Of a stretch of 64,000 nucleotides of DNA, positions 8,971 through 19,445 are shown one piece after another. Origin of the DNA: Elusimicrobiota bacterium (lineage in GTDB: Bacteria > Elusimicrobiota > Elusimicrobia > UBA1565 > JACRDR01); assembly GCA_041694815.1 (NCBI GenBank), contig JBGFSC010000045.1, positions 1 through 64,000 of the forward strand, written 5' to 3'. The notes below the pieces were generated by a model that saw only the letters and a program-made list of their open reading frames with translations, searched no databases and was not told where the DNA came from. The position numbers and the translations under genes are program-made. Position 1 is the stretch's first letter. Every line of letters starts with the position of its first letter.

Positions 8971-9533
8971 CAGAGATCGCTCCTGAAGAGATCCATGTTC
9001 CATAGGCGTCCAGGGCAGCTCTTTTGGCGCGGGAGGCCGAGGCGGTCGAAGACTTCGCGGTGGCCGACTATGTGCGTGACCGGGATGTGGAAGGCTTCCA
9101 TGAACACTCGCGTGAGCCGAAGATTGAAGTCCCAGTGTTCGGGCTTGGGCGGGGTCTTGTCGAAGTCTCCGACGGCGCAGAGGCCGAGATAATCCGTGTT
9201 GTAGAGGTTCGAGGCCCCCTTCACGCCCGCGTGGGCGCCGATCTCGGTCAGCGCCCGGCCCCAGTGAAAGACGACTTGGCCGTTCACGAACTCGGTTCCT
9301 CCGTGGTAGCCGATATCCTTCCATGGAGCCTGGAAGGATTTGCCATCTCCGAGCGCCAACCTCCGTTGGTATTCGGCCGCGGTTACGATTTGGCCGTCGA
9401 TCCGGTAGGAGGTGTGGTAGCGGCGGATAGCATCCCAGTCCTTGGTCGCCCCATCTGGCGTCGCTGAATGGTGCCACACGATCCCCCTCCACGGCCGCGA
9501 CCGCGAAACGTTGATAGCGATGTCCAGCTTCAT
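8970..9533 (-). CDS. Endolysin, N-acetylmuramoyl-L-alanine amidase (Amidase_2 type)
   Basis: IVWHHSA, WKDIGYH, GAHA, IVGHRE, KSCPG zinc-amidase motifs. Confidence 0.9.
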   Translation of the reverse strand: MKLDIAINVSRSRPWRGIVWHHSATPDGATKDWDAIRRYHTSYRIDGQIVTAAEYQRRLALGDGKSFQAPWKDIGYHGGTEFVNGQVVFHWGRALTEIGAHAGVKGASNLYNTDYLGLCAVGDFDKTPPKPEHWDFNLRLTRVFMEAFHIPVTHIVGHREVFDRLGLPRQKSCPGRLWNMDLFRSDL

Positions 9534-12001
9534 ATCTCCTCCATCTCGGCTTCCAGGGTGTGCCCGGCGGGCTTGAGCACGTCGGTGTAAGGAAACGGGA
9601 TCTCCTCGAGCCTCCAGCCCACGTCGAAGAGCGCGCGGGGCCGGAACCTGGGCTCGGGCCAGAAGGTCACAAGCGGGTTCTGCGCGAAGATGCGCTCGGC
9701 CTCATCCTTGGCCGCCTGGTCGACGAGGCGGACGGTCCAGCGGCTGGCGTACTTGTCCTTGCCGCGGTAGGCCACGAGCTTTCCGCCCAGGGTCCGCATG
9801 CTTCCCGCCTCGAAGAGCCGCCGGCGCGGGTCGTAGGCATCGAAGTTGGGCAGCGCCAGGAGGAGCTGCCCGGCGTAGACTTCGCCGATGCGCTTGTTCT
9901 GGTTCGGCGTCTTTGTGGTACGGGCCTCGATCTGGATGAGCGGCATGGCGAACAGTGGGAAGGGGATCAGCACGTCGTCTTCCAGGATCTCGCCCTCGAA
10001 GAGGGTGGTCACGCCGATATGGACGCGCAGGACCTTGAGGTTGGTGTTCCTTAGGATCAGGCAGTTCAGGTTCCGTAGTTCGTTGCCGCCGCTCGGAGCC
10101 AGGAATGTGAGCTGAAGCGTGACGGGTGAGCCGTCGGATGCGCCGAGCGAGATCCACGGATTCTCGGGGTCCCCATCCACGAGCCTGCGCGTGTTGGCGG
10201 TCTCGCTGAGTCCCTCCTCGCTGGAGATTACGGACACGCGCCCCGGTCCCGCTTCGTCGACCGACAGGATGATGGGCTGATCCTCGTCTACGGCCTCCTG
10301 GGCAACCGTGAAGTCGAAGGAACTCAAGCTCGGTCCCGGGCTCGCCTTGATGAACTCGAGCTTCACGTCGACGAAGAGAGCCGCGGGCATATCGAGACTG
10401 CCCGCTTCCACGTTACCGACCGCAGTTCCGATGGCTGGGGCGCTGAAGGCAGCCGCCTGCAGCTCAGCCAAAGTATCCGCGGATCGCACGCGCACGTTGA
10501 TCTTCGAACCCGGCGCAGGCAGGATGCGCTCCATGCGGTAGCCCGTCACCTTGGTCTTCACCGGATAGGAGCGCCTGAAAATGACCTCGCCTGAGTCTGG
10601 CTCGAGGATTTCTCCCGAGAGCTTGAAGTAATCGAAGTGGAACCGCGATCCGGGCGCCTCCTTGCTATGGGCGATGCCGAGGTGTATGTCGCCAGTCAGG
10701 GTCCTCAACGGCGGCGAGGCAGTCGTCTGGAAGACAACCTGGTTCGGATCGTCGTTCTTGTAGACGATGAATCTCACGCCGCCGTTGGGCTGGCGCAGAA
10801 CCTTCACCGTGATGGGCACGCCTGCCGCCGCGTTGATCGGTAGAAGGAACCAGCCGCCCTGATTCGAATATCCCTGCCAGCTCGTGGGCGCGGATGGGAG
10901 TTGGGTTAGCCGGTTTCCATTGGCGTCCACTACGATGGGGATAAAGGACAGGTTGTTCGAGATGGCGGATGGCCGGATGTAGAGCTCCCATAAGCGTTTG
11001 GCCGCGATGTTTGAGTCCGAAAGAGGCGGCGCCTCGATGGTCCCCTGGAGCATGTGCAGGCCCCACTCGAGCGGCGTGAACTGCTGGACCGAGCTGTCCA
11101 AAATGTTCCAGATGAAGCGGGTCTCGAGCTCGACCGCGCCGCGCGGAGAGTTGTAAATCGTCTCGATATCGTGCGGCTGGCCGTCTGGATAGTCGAACTG
11201 GAGGAAGCCGCCGCTCTCAACCGGGAAAGGGTTCGGCGTGGGCGGCGAGGTGTTGATCTCTTGGCCATCGACCCGGTAGTTGAAGTTCGAATACTGCGGC
11301 GCGAACTGGTCGCCCCGGCTCCAGGTCAGCCCTCCATCGAACGAGAGCCACGAGAACCCGCCGTTGGCCGGCGCGGGCGCGTTTTGATCGCGGTAGACCT
11401 CCACGACGCTGTTCGTAGGCTGCTGGGCGGTCCCGATGTGGCGGATCACGATGGCGTACTTCACATCCGCATTGAGTATCGGCGGTGTCGGGAACGTGAA
11501 GGTAGTCAGCGTGTAGGTCGAGGGGTTCTCCAGCTCCGACTGCGGCACGACTGGCAGGTTGAACGCCTGGATGGGATCGGAGACCGCCAGAACCTGAGTG
11601 GGATCGGGCTGGCCGTCTGTGCCGATCGTGCCCCAGACCTCGCTCTGCACGTAGCCGGGAGGCGTGAAGCCCTCGATCTGATGGACCCGCCATTTGCAGC
11701 TGGTCAGCTTGAAGGGCACGGAGCGCAGAAACGATTGAGCGTAGCGATAAGAGTCCTCGACGATCGGCGTCTTGGTGATGCTGTTGGTCCCGGAGTAGGC
11801 GAAGGTATGAGCCGGCCCAGGCGGCGGCGGGATTGGCGAGGTCAGCCACTTGGGGTCTTTGACGCTGTCGTTGAAATCGTCGGCGATGGGCAGCGTGAAA
11901 GTCTGCTGCAGCTTGATGGGCATGGCCGAAAGATCAAGCCCCGTGACTCCCACGTTGGCCTGAAAGTGCGACGGCTGGTCGAGAATCTCCTTGAGGGACA
12001 T
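9530..12001 (-). CDS. Phage tail-tip protein with carbohydrate-binding-like beta-sandwich modules
   Basis: 823 aa, beta-rich, between the tail hub and lysis genes; C-terminal part looks distal-tail-like. Confidence 0.7.
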   Translation of the reverse strand: MSLKEILDQPSHFQANVGVTGLDLSAMPIKLQQTFTLPIADDFNDSVKDPKWLTSPIPPPPGPAHTFAYSGTNSITKTPIVEDSYRYAQSFLRSVPFKLTSCKWRVHQIEGFTPPGYVQSEVWGTIGTDGQPDPTQVLAVSDPIQAFNLPVVPQSELENPSTYTLTTFTFPTPPILNADVKYAIVIRHIGTAQQPTNSVVEVYRDQNAPAPANGGFSWLSFDGGLTWSRGDQFAPQYSNFNYRVDGQEINTSPPTPNPFPVESGGFLQFDYPDGQPHDIETIYNSPRGAVELETRFIWNILDSSVQQFTPLEWGLHMLQGTIEAPPLSDSNIAAKRLWELYIRPSAISNNLSFIPIVVDANGNRLTQLPSAPTSWQGYSNQGGWFLLPINAAAGVPITVKVLRQPNGGVRFIVYKNDDPNQVVFQTTASPPLRTLTGDIHLGIAHSKEAPGSRFHFDYFKLSGEILEPDSGEVIFRRSYPVKTKVTGYRMERILPAPGSKINVRVRSADTLAELQAAAFSAPAIGTAVGNVEAGSLDMPAALFVDVKLEFIKASPGPSLSSFDFTVAQEAVDEDQPIILSVDEAGPGRVSVISSEEGLSETANTRRLVDGDPENPWISLGASDGSPVTLQLTFLAPSGGNELRNLNCLILRNTNLKVLRVHIGVTTLFEGEILEDDVLIPFPLFAMPLIQIEARTTKTPNQNKRIGEVYAGQLLLALPNFDAYDPRRRLFEAGSMRTLGGKLVAYRGKDKYASRWTVRLVDQAAKDEAERIFAQNPLVTFWPEPRFRPRALFDVGWRLEEIPFPYTDVLKPAGHTLEAEMEEI

Positions 12002-12003
12002 GG

Positions 12004-14790
12004 TTACGGAATCTCCAAGAGGTCGAGTTCGGTCCGGAAGTTCATCAGGTCATGGGCGATGCCCAGGACCCGGACGTCGAAGGGCTGGCCCACGCGCCTC
12101 GGCGATGCGACGTTGAAGGTGACCCGGTCCCCCAGTTCGAGCTCGGGCATGAAGCGGGCGGTCAGGGTCACGCGGCGCTTGGGCTCCTTGTAGCGGCCGA
12201 AGTAGCGCCGGGCCATCACCGTGGCCAGGTCCACGTCGGTCTGGAACATGAGGCTGCCGCCGCCCACCGAGAGAGGCCGGAAGCCGAACCTCTGGATCGA
12301 TGTGGGCGCGGGCTCGCCCTCGGTCTGCGGGTTGGCGGTCTTGACGAACTGGCCGAAGGTCGCGCGGACGCTGTTGAAGACGCGGCCCCAGCCGGGTGTG
12401 ACGCTCTGGACGCGCTCGATGTTGGACTCATCCAGCGTCAGAACAGAGGTGACAGCAGCGGCCTTGTTGCGGAAGAAGAAGCGTCCCTCGCCGTCCACCC
12501 CAAGCTCGAAGTCCGCGATGCGGGCCAACTCCTTGAGCACGTCGAGTGTGGCCCGGCCGCCGTAGTTGGCCATGCTGATGAGGACGTTGCGAGTCGTCAG
12601 CGTGATGATGCTGAGGTTGTGGGTCGGAGGAACGGGCCCGGCGGTGTTCAGGAGCGAGATGAACACCATCTTCTGCGTCACGCCAAAGCCTTCGCTTGCC
12701 TGGAACTCGTCGGTCGTGATCGAGTCGCCGGGCCCGAGGGCCCTGTGGAAGCTGTAGCCCGAGCCGCTGATGAACTGGCCGTCGCCCGCGGCGGCCGTGA
12801 AGCGCTGGACGCTGCCGTTGTTGGGGATGACGACTGCCTTCCAAGTGTCCCAGGAGACCACCCCGGTCCCCGCATCGAGCTTGGGCGAGACGGCCAGGGC
12901 CGGCAGCCACAGGCGCTTGATGCCGTAGGGCGAGGACTCCAAGGTATCGGTGAGGACGATGCGGAACTTGATGTAACGCGGGCTGTTCACGTTGGTCCAG
13001 GCGCCGATGTTGCCGCCGTTGGCCACGGCGGTCTCGGGGGAGTAGTTGAAATCGTCCTGGCTCCAGCTCCAGAAGAACTGAGCGCCGGAGACCGAGCCCT
13101 GGAACTCGGCGAAGAAGGGGCCGAGGGTCGTGATGAGCGAGAAGGCGGTCAGGCCCGATAGGAGTAGTCCGTAGTCCACCTTGAGCGTCAGCTCCCCTTG
13201 GGCGGGCGTGCCCTGCCGGGCGTTGTAGCGGATGTAGTCGAGGAAGATGTTGTTGGTGCCCGGACCGATTGAATGGAGCGTGATCACGCCGATGACGGAC
13301 TCAGAGCCCAGACTCCCTGTTTGGACGAGGCCCCCGTCGATGTAGAGCTCATAGTCAGCGGTCGTCGAGCTGGTCGGGATCATCGTGAGCCGGAAGGTGT
13401 GGAACTGGCTCAGGTCCACGCTGACCAGCGGCTTGAGATCACCCGAGACCACCCGGACCTGGTTCATGTTCCAGAAGACGAGCTTGGCTCCAAGGGTCAG
13501 GGTGGAGCTCACACGGACGTAGGTTTCCATCTGGACCCGGCCCCCGATCTGGGCGAAGCGTATACGGCAGGCAGCCGCGCGGGCCTGGTGCGGAATGGGA
13601 TTGAAGACGCCGCCGTCGTCGCGGTCGTTGATGAGGAAGTAGTCCGCGCCGCCGTTGTGGACGATGTTTCTGACCGAGCCGGAGAGCGACACCGTGGTCC
13701 CTGAGGGGACCAGCTCCTGCCAGGGGAAGGTCGAGTCGCCCTCTATCTGGAACTTCTCGACACCCGGCTCGAGGTCGGCCTCGTACTGGGCGGTCCACAG
13801 GGGATGGATGCCGTTGGGGACGCGCTTGAAGTTGATCCGGCTGATGGCCTCTGCCGCCTGCCACTCGGCCGCCGTATCGTAGGGATCGATGGAGAGCAGC
13901 CCATCGCCCGAGGGCGGCTCGGGCTCGGGCAGGACGGCCGCGCGGTGCAGGCTATAGGGCGCGAAGTCGCCCACGTGGGTGTGGAGAATCTCGCGCTGGG
14001 CCGGCGGCTCGAACTGAACAGTCTCGACCGCGGCCGCAGGCACGCGTGACTCGGTCGCGAGCAGATCGCCGACCACCTCGTGGATCTGGCGGTCGCGCTT
14101 CCAGACGATGTAGTCGACTCTCACCTCGGCTCCGGGTGGCGGTTGGACGGTCTCGAAGCGCAGCTTGGCGCGCTTGAGCGGGTCGTTGAGGCCAGTCACG
14201 GTCCAGCGGGTGCCGGGCCGGACCGCCTCGCCGCCCACCCGCACCTCCAGGACCTCGCCCGCAGGAAGTTGGGAGAGCTCGAACTCAAAGGCCTGGCCGT
14301 CGCCGATTCCGAGCAGCTCGTCGACCACAAGGATCGCCGCCTCATTGGCGGCGGCCTCGTCCAGGAGCTGCTCCATGGACCGGACGTCCAGCTGCAAAGT
14401 CGGCGCGCCCGAGTCCTCGACGGCGTCGTCGATAACGCCGGTGAACACCGCGAAGGCCTCCTCGGACCCGCCGAACTTGAGCCCGAGGGAGATGCGCAGC
14501 TTGGAGTGGAACCTAAGGAAGCCAGCGAAACGTCCAGACGAGCCGTCATCCCAGCGCCTGTCCGAATTGTCGACCTCGATGCGGATGTTGGAGGCCTTGA
14601 ACTCGTTCAAGGCGTCGGTGTCAAGCTTCCAGGCGAGGCGCTCCAGGCGCGTTACCTCGGCGGTCACGTCGATGGGCGAGGCCTCCCAGCCCGAACCGTC
14701 CGGCAAGGCCCGGAAAAGCTCCACCTTCCTGACCGGGAAGATCAGGTGCGAGGCCTGGGCGGCCTTGTAAGCGAGGGAGACGGCCCTCAT
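12004..14790 (-). CDS. Phage tail hub/central tail protein
   Basis: 928 aa directly after the tape measure gene; VFTGVIDD, GVDGEGRFFFR, PELELGDRV motifs typical of tail hub proteins; internal ConA-like insert (FHTFRL..YELYIDG). Confidence 0.75.
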   Translation of the reverse strand: MRAVSLAYKAAQASHLIFPVRKVELFRALPDGSGWEASPIDVTAEVTRLERLAWKLDTDALNEFKASNIRIEVDNSDRRWDDGSSGRFAGFLRFHSKLRISLGLKFGGSEEAFAVFTGVIDDAVEDSGAPTLQLDVRSMEQLLDEAAANEAAILVVDELLGIGDGQAFEFELSQLPAGEVLEVRVGGEAVRPGTRWTVTGLNDPLKRAKLRFETVQPPPGAEVRVDYIVWKRDRQIHEVVGDLLATESRVPAAAVETVQFEPPAQREILHTHVGDFAPYSLHRAAVLPEPEPPSGDGLLSIDPYDTAAEWQAAEAISRINFKRVPNGIHPLWTAQYEADLEPGVEKFQIEGDSTFPWQELVPSGTTVSLSGSVRNIVHNGGADYFLINDRDDGGVFNPIPHQARAAACRIRFAQIGGRVQMETYVRVSSTLTLGAKLVFWNMNQVRVVSGDLKPLVSVDLSQFHTFRLTMIPTSSTTADYELYIDGGLVQTGSLGSESVIGVITLHSIGPGTNNIFLDYIRYNARQGTPAQGELTLKVDYGLLLSGLTAFSLITTLGPFFAEFQGSVSGAQFFWSWSQDDFNYSPETAVANGGNIGAWTNVNSPRYIKFRIVLTDTLESSPYGIKRLWLPALAVSPKLDAGTGVVSWDTWKAVVIPNNGSVQRFTAAAGDGQFISGSGYSFHRALGPGDSITTDEFQASEGFGVTQKMVFISLLNTAGPVPPTHNLSIITLTTRNVLISMANYGGRATLDVLKELARIADFELGVDGEGRFFFRNKAAAVTSVLTLDESNIERVQSVTPGWGRVFNSVRATFGQFVKTANPQTEGEPAPTSIQRFGFRPLSVGGGSLMFQTDVDLATVMARRYFGRYKEPKRRVTLTARFMPELELGDRVTFNVASPRRVGQPFDVRVLGIAHDLMNFRTELDLLEIP

Positions 14791-14845
14791 GGTATTCGGC
14801 CTCTTGCCTCAACCATTCCCTCGCGTTCGACCGCGAACGCTTCGG

Positions 14846-16768
14846 TCACACTGCCTCCTTGGCCAGCCGCCCCTGTCGGGCCAGGATGGACTTGACGAGC
14901 TCCGCCCCCTCGGCCGCTCCGGTGCGGGTCGCCTCCGAAATGCGGCGCATGAGCTGGCGCACCTGCTCGTCGCCCATACCCGTCACCGTGATGTGGTTGG
15001 TCTGGCTGACTGAGACGTTGACGTCCCCGCCCAGGCGATTCAAGTGGTCGAGCGGGATTACGGCCTCGGGTCCCGCCTCGCCGACCAACCCCAGCGTGGG
15101 CTTGCGGACTACGCCGCCTTCGGCGAACTTGAAGCCCCTGAATGCGGGCGCGGCGATGGCCCCGAAGAGCAGCGCCCCGCCGATCGGCCCCAGGGCCCCG
15201 GAGGCGGCGGTCCTCGCGATGGCGGCCTCGATGGCGATGCGGGTGAACGTCTCGATGGCGGTGCGCAGGACGGACTTGAACACCTGGTCCATGGCCTGCT
15301 CGAGACTCTTGCCCTCCAGGATCACGTCCGCGACCGCCGAGGCGAAGTTGGAGGCGATGCTCGATGCGACCGCCTTGCCGCCCGCTTCCAGGGCCTGAAG
15401 GTCCTCGTTGAACTTGGCGCTGGCCTCGGCCGACTTGAGCATGGAGATCTCAAGAGCCGAGAGCCGGGCCTGGAGCAGCTCATCTTCGGTGATGAGGCCC
15501 TTGGCCCGCAGCTCCTCGAACTGCCGGAAGCGCTGCTCCTTCTCCTGGTTGATGAGCAGCAGGCGGGACTCAAGGCCGCGGCCCTCGTTCTCCAGGCGTT
15601 CCGCCTCGAGCGAGACGAGCCTGTCGTGCGCGTCCTGGGCCTGACGCTTCTTCTCTTCGGCCTCTTTGCGGGCGTCCTCGACAGCCTTCTGGCTCGTCTT
15701 GGCCTTGAGTTCGACCTCCCGCTGGGCCAGTTCCTCCCTTTCGCGGGAGTAGCGCTTTTGCACCTCGGCTGCCTGACTTGCCGACGCCTCCTCAATGGCG
15801 GCGAGCTTGGCCGCGGTCTCCTGAGTGATCTCGGGCAGGCGCTCGAACTGGCCGCGGAACACGGCTGCGGTCTTGGCCCCCAAGCCCTCCAGGTGGACCA
15901 CGGCCTTGGCTGCGAAATTGGCGATGACGGTGCCGAGAATCTCGAAGAACTGGGCTCCCCTGAGCACGGCATCCAGGAAGCCCGTGAAGACGGGCAGCAC
16001 CCCCGCGCCCACAGTGTCCTTGAATTGGTCGAGGCGGTTCCTGAGGCTGGCAAGCTGCCTGGCGAAGCCGGACTCGCTCTCTGCCGCGCCGGCGAAGCGT
16101 TGGGACAGGGCGTCGAGCACCTCCTGGGCCGTGTCCGCGTCGCCGAGGAAGGCGCCGAACTCCTTCTTGAGCTCGCGCAGGCGGGATGCGTCGCCTTGGA
16201 GGATGGGCGAGAGCTGCTCGATGACCGAGTTGAAGTCCTTCCCCGAGGCTGAGGCGAGGCCGAAGGCAAGCCGCGTGGCCTGCATGGCCTGGCCCACGTC
16301 GCCCGTGATCCGGGTGAGCCGCCCCAACGCCTCGAAGGTCTGGCCCTCCGAAAAACGGGTCAGCGCCTGCTGCTCGGCCGCGAAGGCCAGGATCTGCTCC
16401 TTGGACTTATCGAACGAGCCGCCCGTGCCGTCCACCGCGAACTGGAGCCGACGCAGGGCCTCCTCCTCGGCGATGGCCCCCTCCGCGGCGGACTTGAAGA
16501 ATGCTCCGATCCCGGCGACCGTGGCAAAGCCCGCCAACTGGTTGAGGAGTTGTCCCGCCGCGGATTGGACGGCGGACATGGACTGTGCGGCGGCGCCGGC
16601 TGCGGGCGGCAGCCTCCTGAAGCCCTGGTCGGCTTTGGCGGTCGCCTTGGTGACCTCGCCGGCGAAGCGATCCGAGCGCTGCGCCGCCTCCAGGAGTTGC
16701 TGCGAGAGCCGCTGGATGGTCGGGGAGGCTTCGTCGACCGCCTCGAATTTGATCTCGAAGCCGGCCAT
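14846..16768 (-). CDS. Tail tape measure protein
   Basis: 640 aa Ala-rich coiled coil; C-terminal FAEGGVV.KPTLGLVGEAGPEAVIPL motif. Confidence 0.9.
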   Translation of the reverse strand: MAGFEIKFEAVDEASPTIQRLSQQLLEAAQRSDRFAGEVTKATAKADQGFRRLPPAAGAAAQSMSAVQSAAGQLLNQLAGFATVAGIGAFFKSAAEGAIAEEEALRRLQFAVDGTGGSFDKSKEQILAFAAEQQALTRFSEGQTFEALGRLTRITGDVGQAMQATRLAFGLASASGKDFNSVIEQLSPILQGDASRLRELKKEFGAFLGDADTAQEVLDALSQRFAGAAESESGFARQLASLRNRLDQFKDTVGAGVLPVFTGFLDAVLRGAQFFEILGTVIANFAAKAVVHLEGLGAKTAAVFRGQFERLPEITQETAAKLAAIEEASASQAAEVQKRYSREREELAQREVELKAKTSQKAVEDARKEAEEKKRQAQDAHDRLVSLEAERLENEGRGLESRLLLINQEKEQRFRQFEELRAKGLITEDELLQARLSALEISMLKSAEASAKFNEDLQALEAGGKAVASSIASNFASAVADVILEGKSLEQAMDQVFKSVLRTAIETFTRIAIEAAIARTAASGALGPIGGALLFGAIAAPAFRGFKFAEGGVVRKPTLGLVGEAGPEAVIPLDHLNRLGGDVNVSVSQTNHITVTGMGDEQVRQLMRRISEATRTGAAEGAELVKSILARQGRLAKEAV

Positions 16769-16774
16769 GGCCGC

Positions 16775-17155
16775 TTAGCCCTCCTGCTTGGGGATCGCCT
16801 CGAGGGTCAGGTTGACGATCTCGACGTAGAGTCCGACGGCGAGAGCGTAATCGCCCAGGACCTGGTCGACGGGCACCGCGCCGGGCTCGTCATCGGTCAC
16901 GCAGAGCTTGGGCTCGACCACGCCGTAGAGCAGGATGCGCCGGAACTGGGGCAGCTTGGGGTTGGCGATCAAGGCGTTGATGCGTTTGGCCAGGGTCTCC
17001 TTGCCCTCGCGGGCCAGGGTCCAGAAGTCCTCGTTCTCGTCGCCCAGGAACATCAGCGGCACCCGCCGGATGCGGAAGGCCGTCCCGCACACTTGGACGT
17101 GGCGCTCCTTCTTGAGTTTCTCGCGCAGCGCGGCGGCCGAGATGGGGGCGTTCAT
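16775..17155 (-). CDS. Putative tail assembly chaperone
   Basis: Position between tail tube and tape measure genes. Confidence 0.6.
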   Translation of the reverse strand: MNAPISAAALREKLKKERHVQVCGTAFRIRRVPLMFLGDENEDFWTLAREGKETLAKRINALIANPKLPQFRRILLYGVVEPKLCVTDDEPGAVPVDQVLGDYALAVGLYVEIVNLTLEAIPKQEG

Positions 17156-17157
17156 GC

Positions 17158-18120
17158 TCAGTACCCCGTGATCGCGTTGGTTAGCACCGCCTGGAGGCTG
17201 TAGCCCAGGGTCGTGTCCAGCTCGGCCTGGAAGGTCACGGCCGCACCGAGCAGGCCCTCGAGCGTCCCGAAGCCGTAGGCGGTGTACTTGGCCTTGGGGA
17301 TCGAGAGCTCGAGCTTGCTCTTGAAGGAGCCTTGGATCGTATCACCGGTGAGAGCGATCTCGACGGCCTGGGGCAGGTTCTCCAGGAACTTCTGGCGGTT
17401 GACCTCGGTCTCAAAGTAGACCTCGTAGCCGCCCTCGATGACGAAGCGGCCGGTCGAGACGATGTCCTTGGCGTCGCGCGACTGGTTCAGGGTCCGCTGC
17501 GCCGCGGAGGCGTTGTCGACCGACAGCGTCCAGCTCCGAACATCCTGGTTGAGCACCCCGTCAAGCTTCACCTCGGTCTGGAAGAACATGAGCGGCTTGG
17601 GGGCGCCGAAGACCGCCGCAAAGGCTGAGGCCGGCTCCTCGGTCTTGAAGAGCACGTCGGCCGCGACCTGGCCCTTGCCGTCCACCGTCCCAGCCAGGCT
17701 GAGCTTCTTGACCACGGTCAGCGGGTAGCGCTTGAGGCCCAGGCCCCGGTCCACGAAGAAGGTGAACGAGGGGAAGCGCACCAGGCTGTCCGGCCGGAAG
17801 GTATGCCGGAACACCGTGGGCGCGTTGGCCGCGTCGGGCTGCACCGTCGTGACCTTGCCGAGGGCCCCGAATAGCAGGTCCCCGATGGTCTCGGCCTCCA
17901 GATCGACGGCCGGCAGCGCCCCCGATCCCTCCTTTATACCGGGGACGGAGGGGAAGGGCTCCTTGCTGCCCCTGATCTTGTCGTCGGCGATGAGCAGGGA
18001 CTTGTAGTCGAGGAGAGCCTCGGCCCCCACCGCCAGGAACTTCTGCGGCGCGGGCTCGGCGATACCGCGGCTCCCCTCCTTCTTGAAGCCGTACTTCTGG
18101 TTCTCGATGGCAAAAGGCAT
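17158..18120 (-). CDS. Major tail tube protein
   Basis: 320 aa; GFKKE..RG, FRHTF, PSFTFFVDRG pattern of siphovirus tube proteins; position. Confidence 0.8.
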   Translation of the reverse strand: MPFAIENQKYGFKKEGSRGIAEPAPQKFLAVGAEALLDYKSLLIADDKIRGSKEPFPSVPGIKEGSGALPAVDLEAETIGDLLFGALGKVTTVQPDAANAPTVFRHTFRPDSLVRFPSFTFFVDRGLGLKRYPLTVVKKLSLAGTVDGKGQVAADVLFKTEEPASAFAAVFGAPKPLMFFQTEVKLDGVLNQDVRSWTLSVDNASAAQRTLNQSRDAKDIVSTGRFVIEGGYEVYFETEVNRQKFLENLPQAVEIALTGDTIQGSFKSKLELSIPKAKYTAYGFGTLEGLLGAAVTFQAELDTTLGYSLQAVLTNAITGY

Positions 18121-18130
18121 ACGATCCCTC

Positions 18131-18622
18131 CTATTTCCGGCTGGTCGCCTCCACAGCGAAGACCAAAGCCGCGGCGGTCATGTCCGCGTTGATAGAGGCG
18201 ACGAGATTATCCTCGGGCGGCTCCCACTCGATGGCCTTGACCGTCGAGAAGAGCAGCTGCCCGTTGGGGATGGCGAGGCCTCCCAGGTCGACGTTGTCGA
18301 TCAGGAGCTCAGCGAGCTTCTGCGCCTCGGCGGTCTTGGAGCGGACGATCTCCTCGTTGGGGCCGAAACGGGTCACGAGAACGATGCGGAAGTTGTAGAC
18401 GACCCGGTAGGTCTGCCCGGTCGTGATCCGCTCGAGCGTCGTGCTGGGGGCGGGCTTGACGAACACGGCCGGCACGTTATCGGCCAGATTCTCCAGCGCC
18501 GGGAAGAACTCGAGCGCCCCGATGGTCGCCACTTTCAAGCCCATGTCGGCCGAGAGGTTCTGGTCGATGAGCTGGACGATCCTCTCGGCGATCAGCGTCT
18601 CGTGCAGCCGGGGAGGAGGCAT
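18131..18622 (-). CDS. Putative tail terminator
   Basis: Position before tail tube; PAVFVKP motif. Confidence 0.6.
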   Translation of the reverse strand: MPPPRLHETLIAERIVQLIDQNLSADMGLKVATIGALEFFPALENLADNVPAVFVKPAPSTTLERITTGQTYRVVYNFRIVLVTRFGPNEEIVRSKTAEAQKLAELLIDNVDLGGLAIPNGQLLFSTVKAIEWEPPEDNLVASINADMTAAALVFAVEATSRK

Positions 18623-19116
18623 CAGAGCTTTCCTCCTTCGCGCTGCAGTGCCTCGAGGATGCGGCTTTGGAAGATGAGCTGGACCCTGGGCGTGGCCCCC
18701 AGCAACGCCGGACGCAGGTAGGGCTGGGCAGTGTAGCCCCGGCGCTTGATCGCGCGGGCGACCACATAGGCCAGGCGCTCGTCACCGAGCTTCCGCCTGG
18801 CCCAGGTCCGCAGGTCGCTTCCCGGCCCCGAGGGCGGCTGGCTGCCCGACCAGGAGTTGCGGCCCTCTTCCACCACCGAGGCGTAGGGAAGCCCCGAGCC
18901 CACCTCGCCCACGATCCCCGCCCCGTTCTCGGCCACGTTCTGCGCGATGGAGACACGAAGCATGCCGCGGAACACGGGCGCGTTGAGCTTGGCCAGACTC
19001 TGGATGAGCACCGCGGCCTCCCTCATGGCCAAGACGAGGGCGGCCCGTAGGCGCTGCGGCAGGTTGATCAGCACCTTGCTCACTTCGCCCTTCTCTTTGA
19101 GGACTACGCGGATCAC
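18622..19116 (-). CDS. HK97 gp10-family neck/tail-completion protein
   Basis: AKLNAPVFRGMLRVSI...YASVVEEG...AQPYLRPA. Confidence 0.85.
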   Translation of the reverse strand: MIRVVLKEKGEVSKVLINLPQRLRAALVLAMREAAVLIQSLAKLNAPVFRGMLRVSIAQNVAENGAGIVGEVGSGLPYASVVEEGRNSWSGSQPPSGPGSDLRTWARRKLGDERLAYVVARAIKRRGYTAQPYLRPALLGATPRVQLIFQSRILEALQREGGKL

Positions 19117-19445
19117 TTGCGCTCCTCCAGGACCGCCTCGAGGTGCCCGCCGAAGTAATCCTTGACTTCGGTGACGATGAAGACGCGGCCGTCCGATTCC
19201 CGGACCACCTCGTCATTCTCCCGGACGTCGGCCGGCGGATTGACGAAGAGGCGCAGGGACCGCTTGGCCGTTTGGCCGAGCACGACGCGACTCATCGTCG
19301 TGCCGCCCGGGTTGATCCGGGCCTTGAGGCCGGTCGCCACGACCTGGCGCTCGAAAACGGGACGCTTGGTGCCCGCGACGGCCGTCTGCACAGGCCGGCG
19401 GATCGTGACGAGGTCGGTCAGGAGCCGTTCGGGTAGGCGTCTCAT
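19113..19445 (-). CDS. Head closure / head-tail joining protein
   Basis: 110 aa; VTIRR...DVRENDEV...HLEAVLE; position. Confidence 0.65.
   Translation of the reverse strand: MRRLPERLLTDLVTIRRPVQTAVAGTKRPVFERQVVATGLKARINPGGTTMSRVVLGQTAKRSLRLFVNPPADVRENDEVVRESDGRVFIVTEVKDYFGGHLEAVLEERK

Noticed and set aside
8653..9492. 279-aa ORF as given in the track
   Set aside because: N-terminal part overlaps the amidase out of frame; only the region from ATG 8970 looks real.
16769..17155. Programmed -1 frameshift (G/GT) in the tail chaperone
   Set aside because: No clear slippery heptamer near the 3' end and only 6 nt before the tape-measure start.
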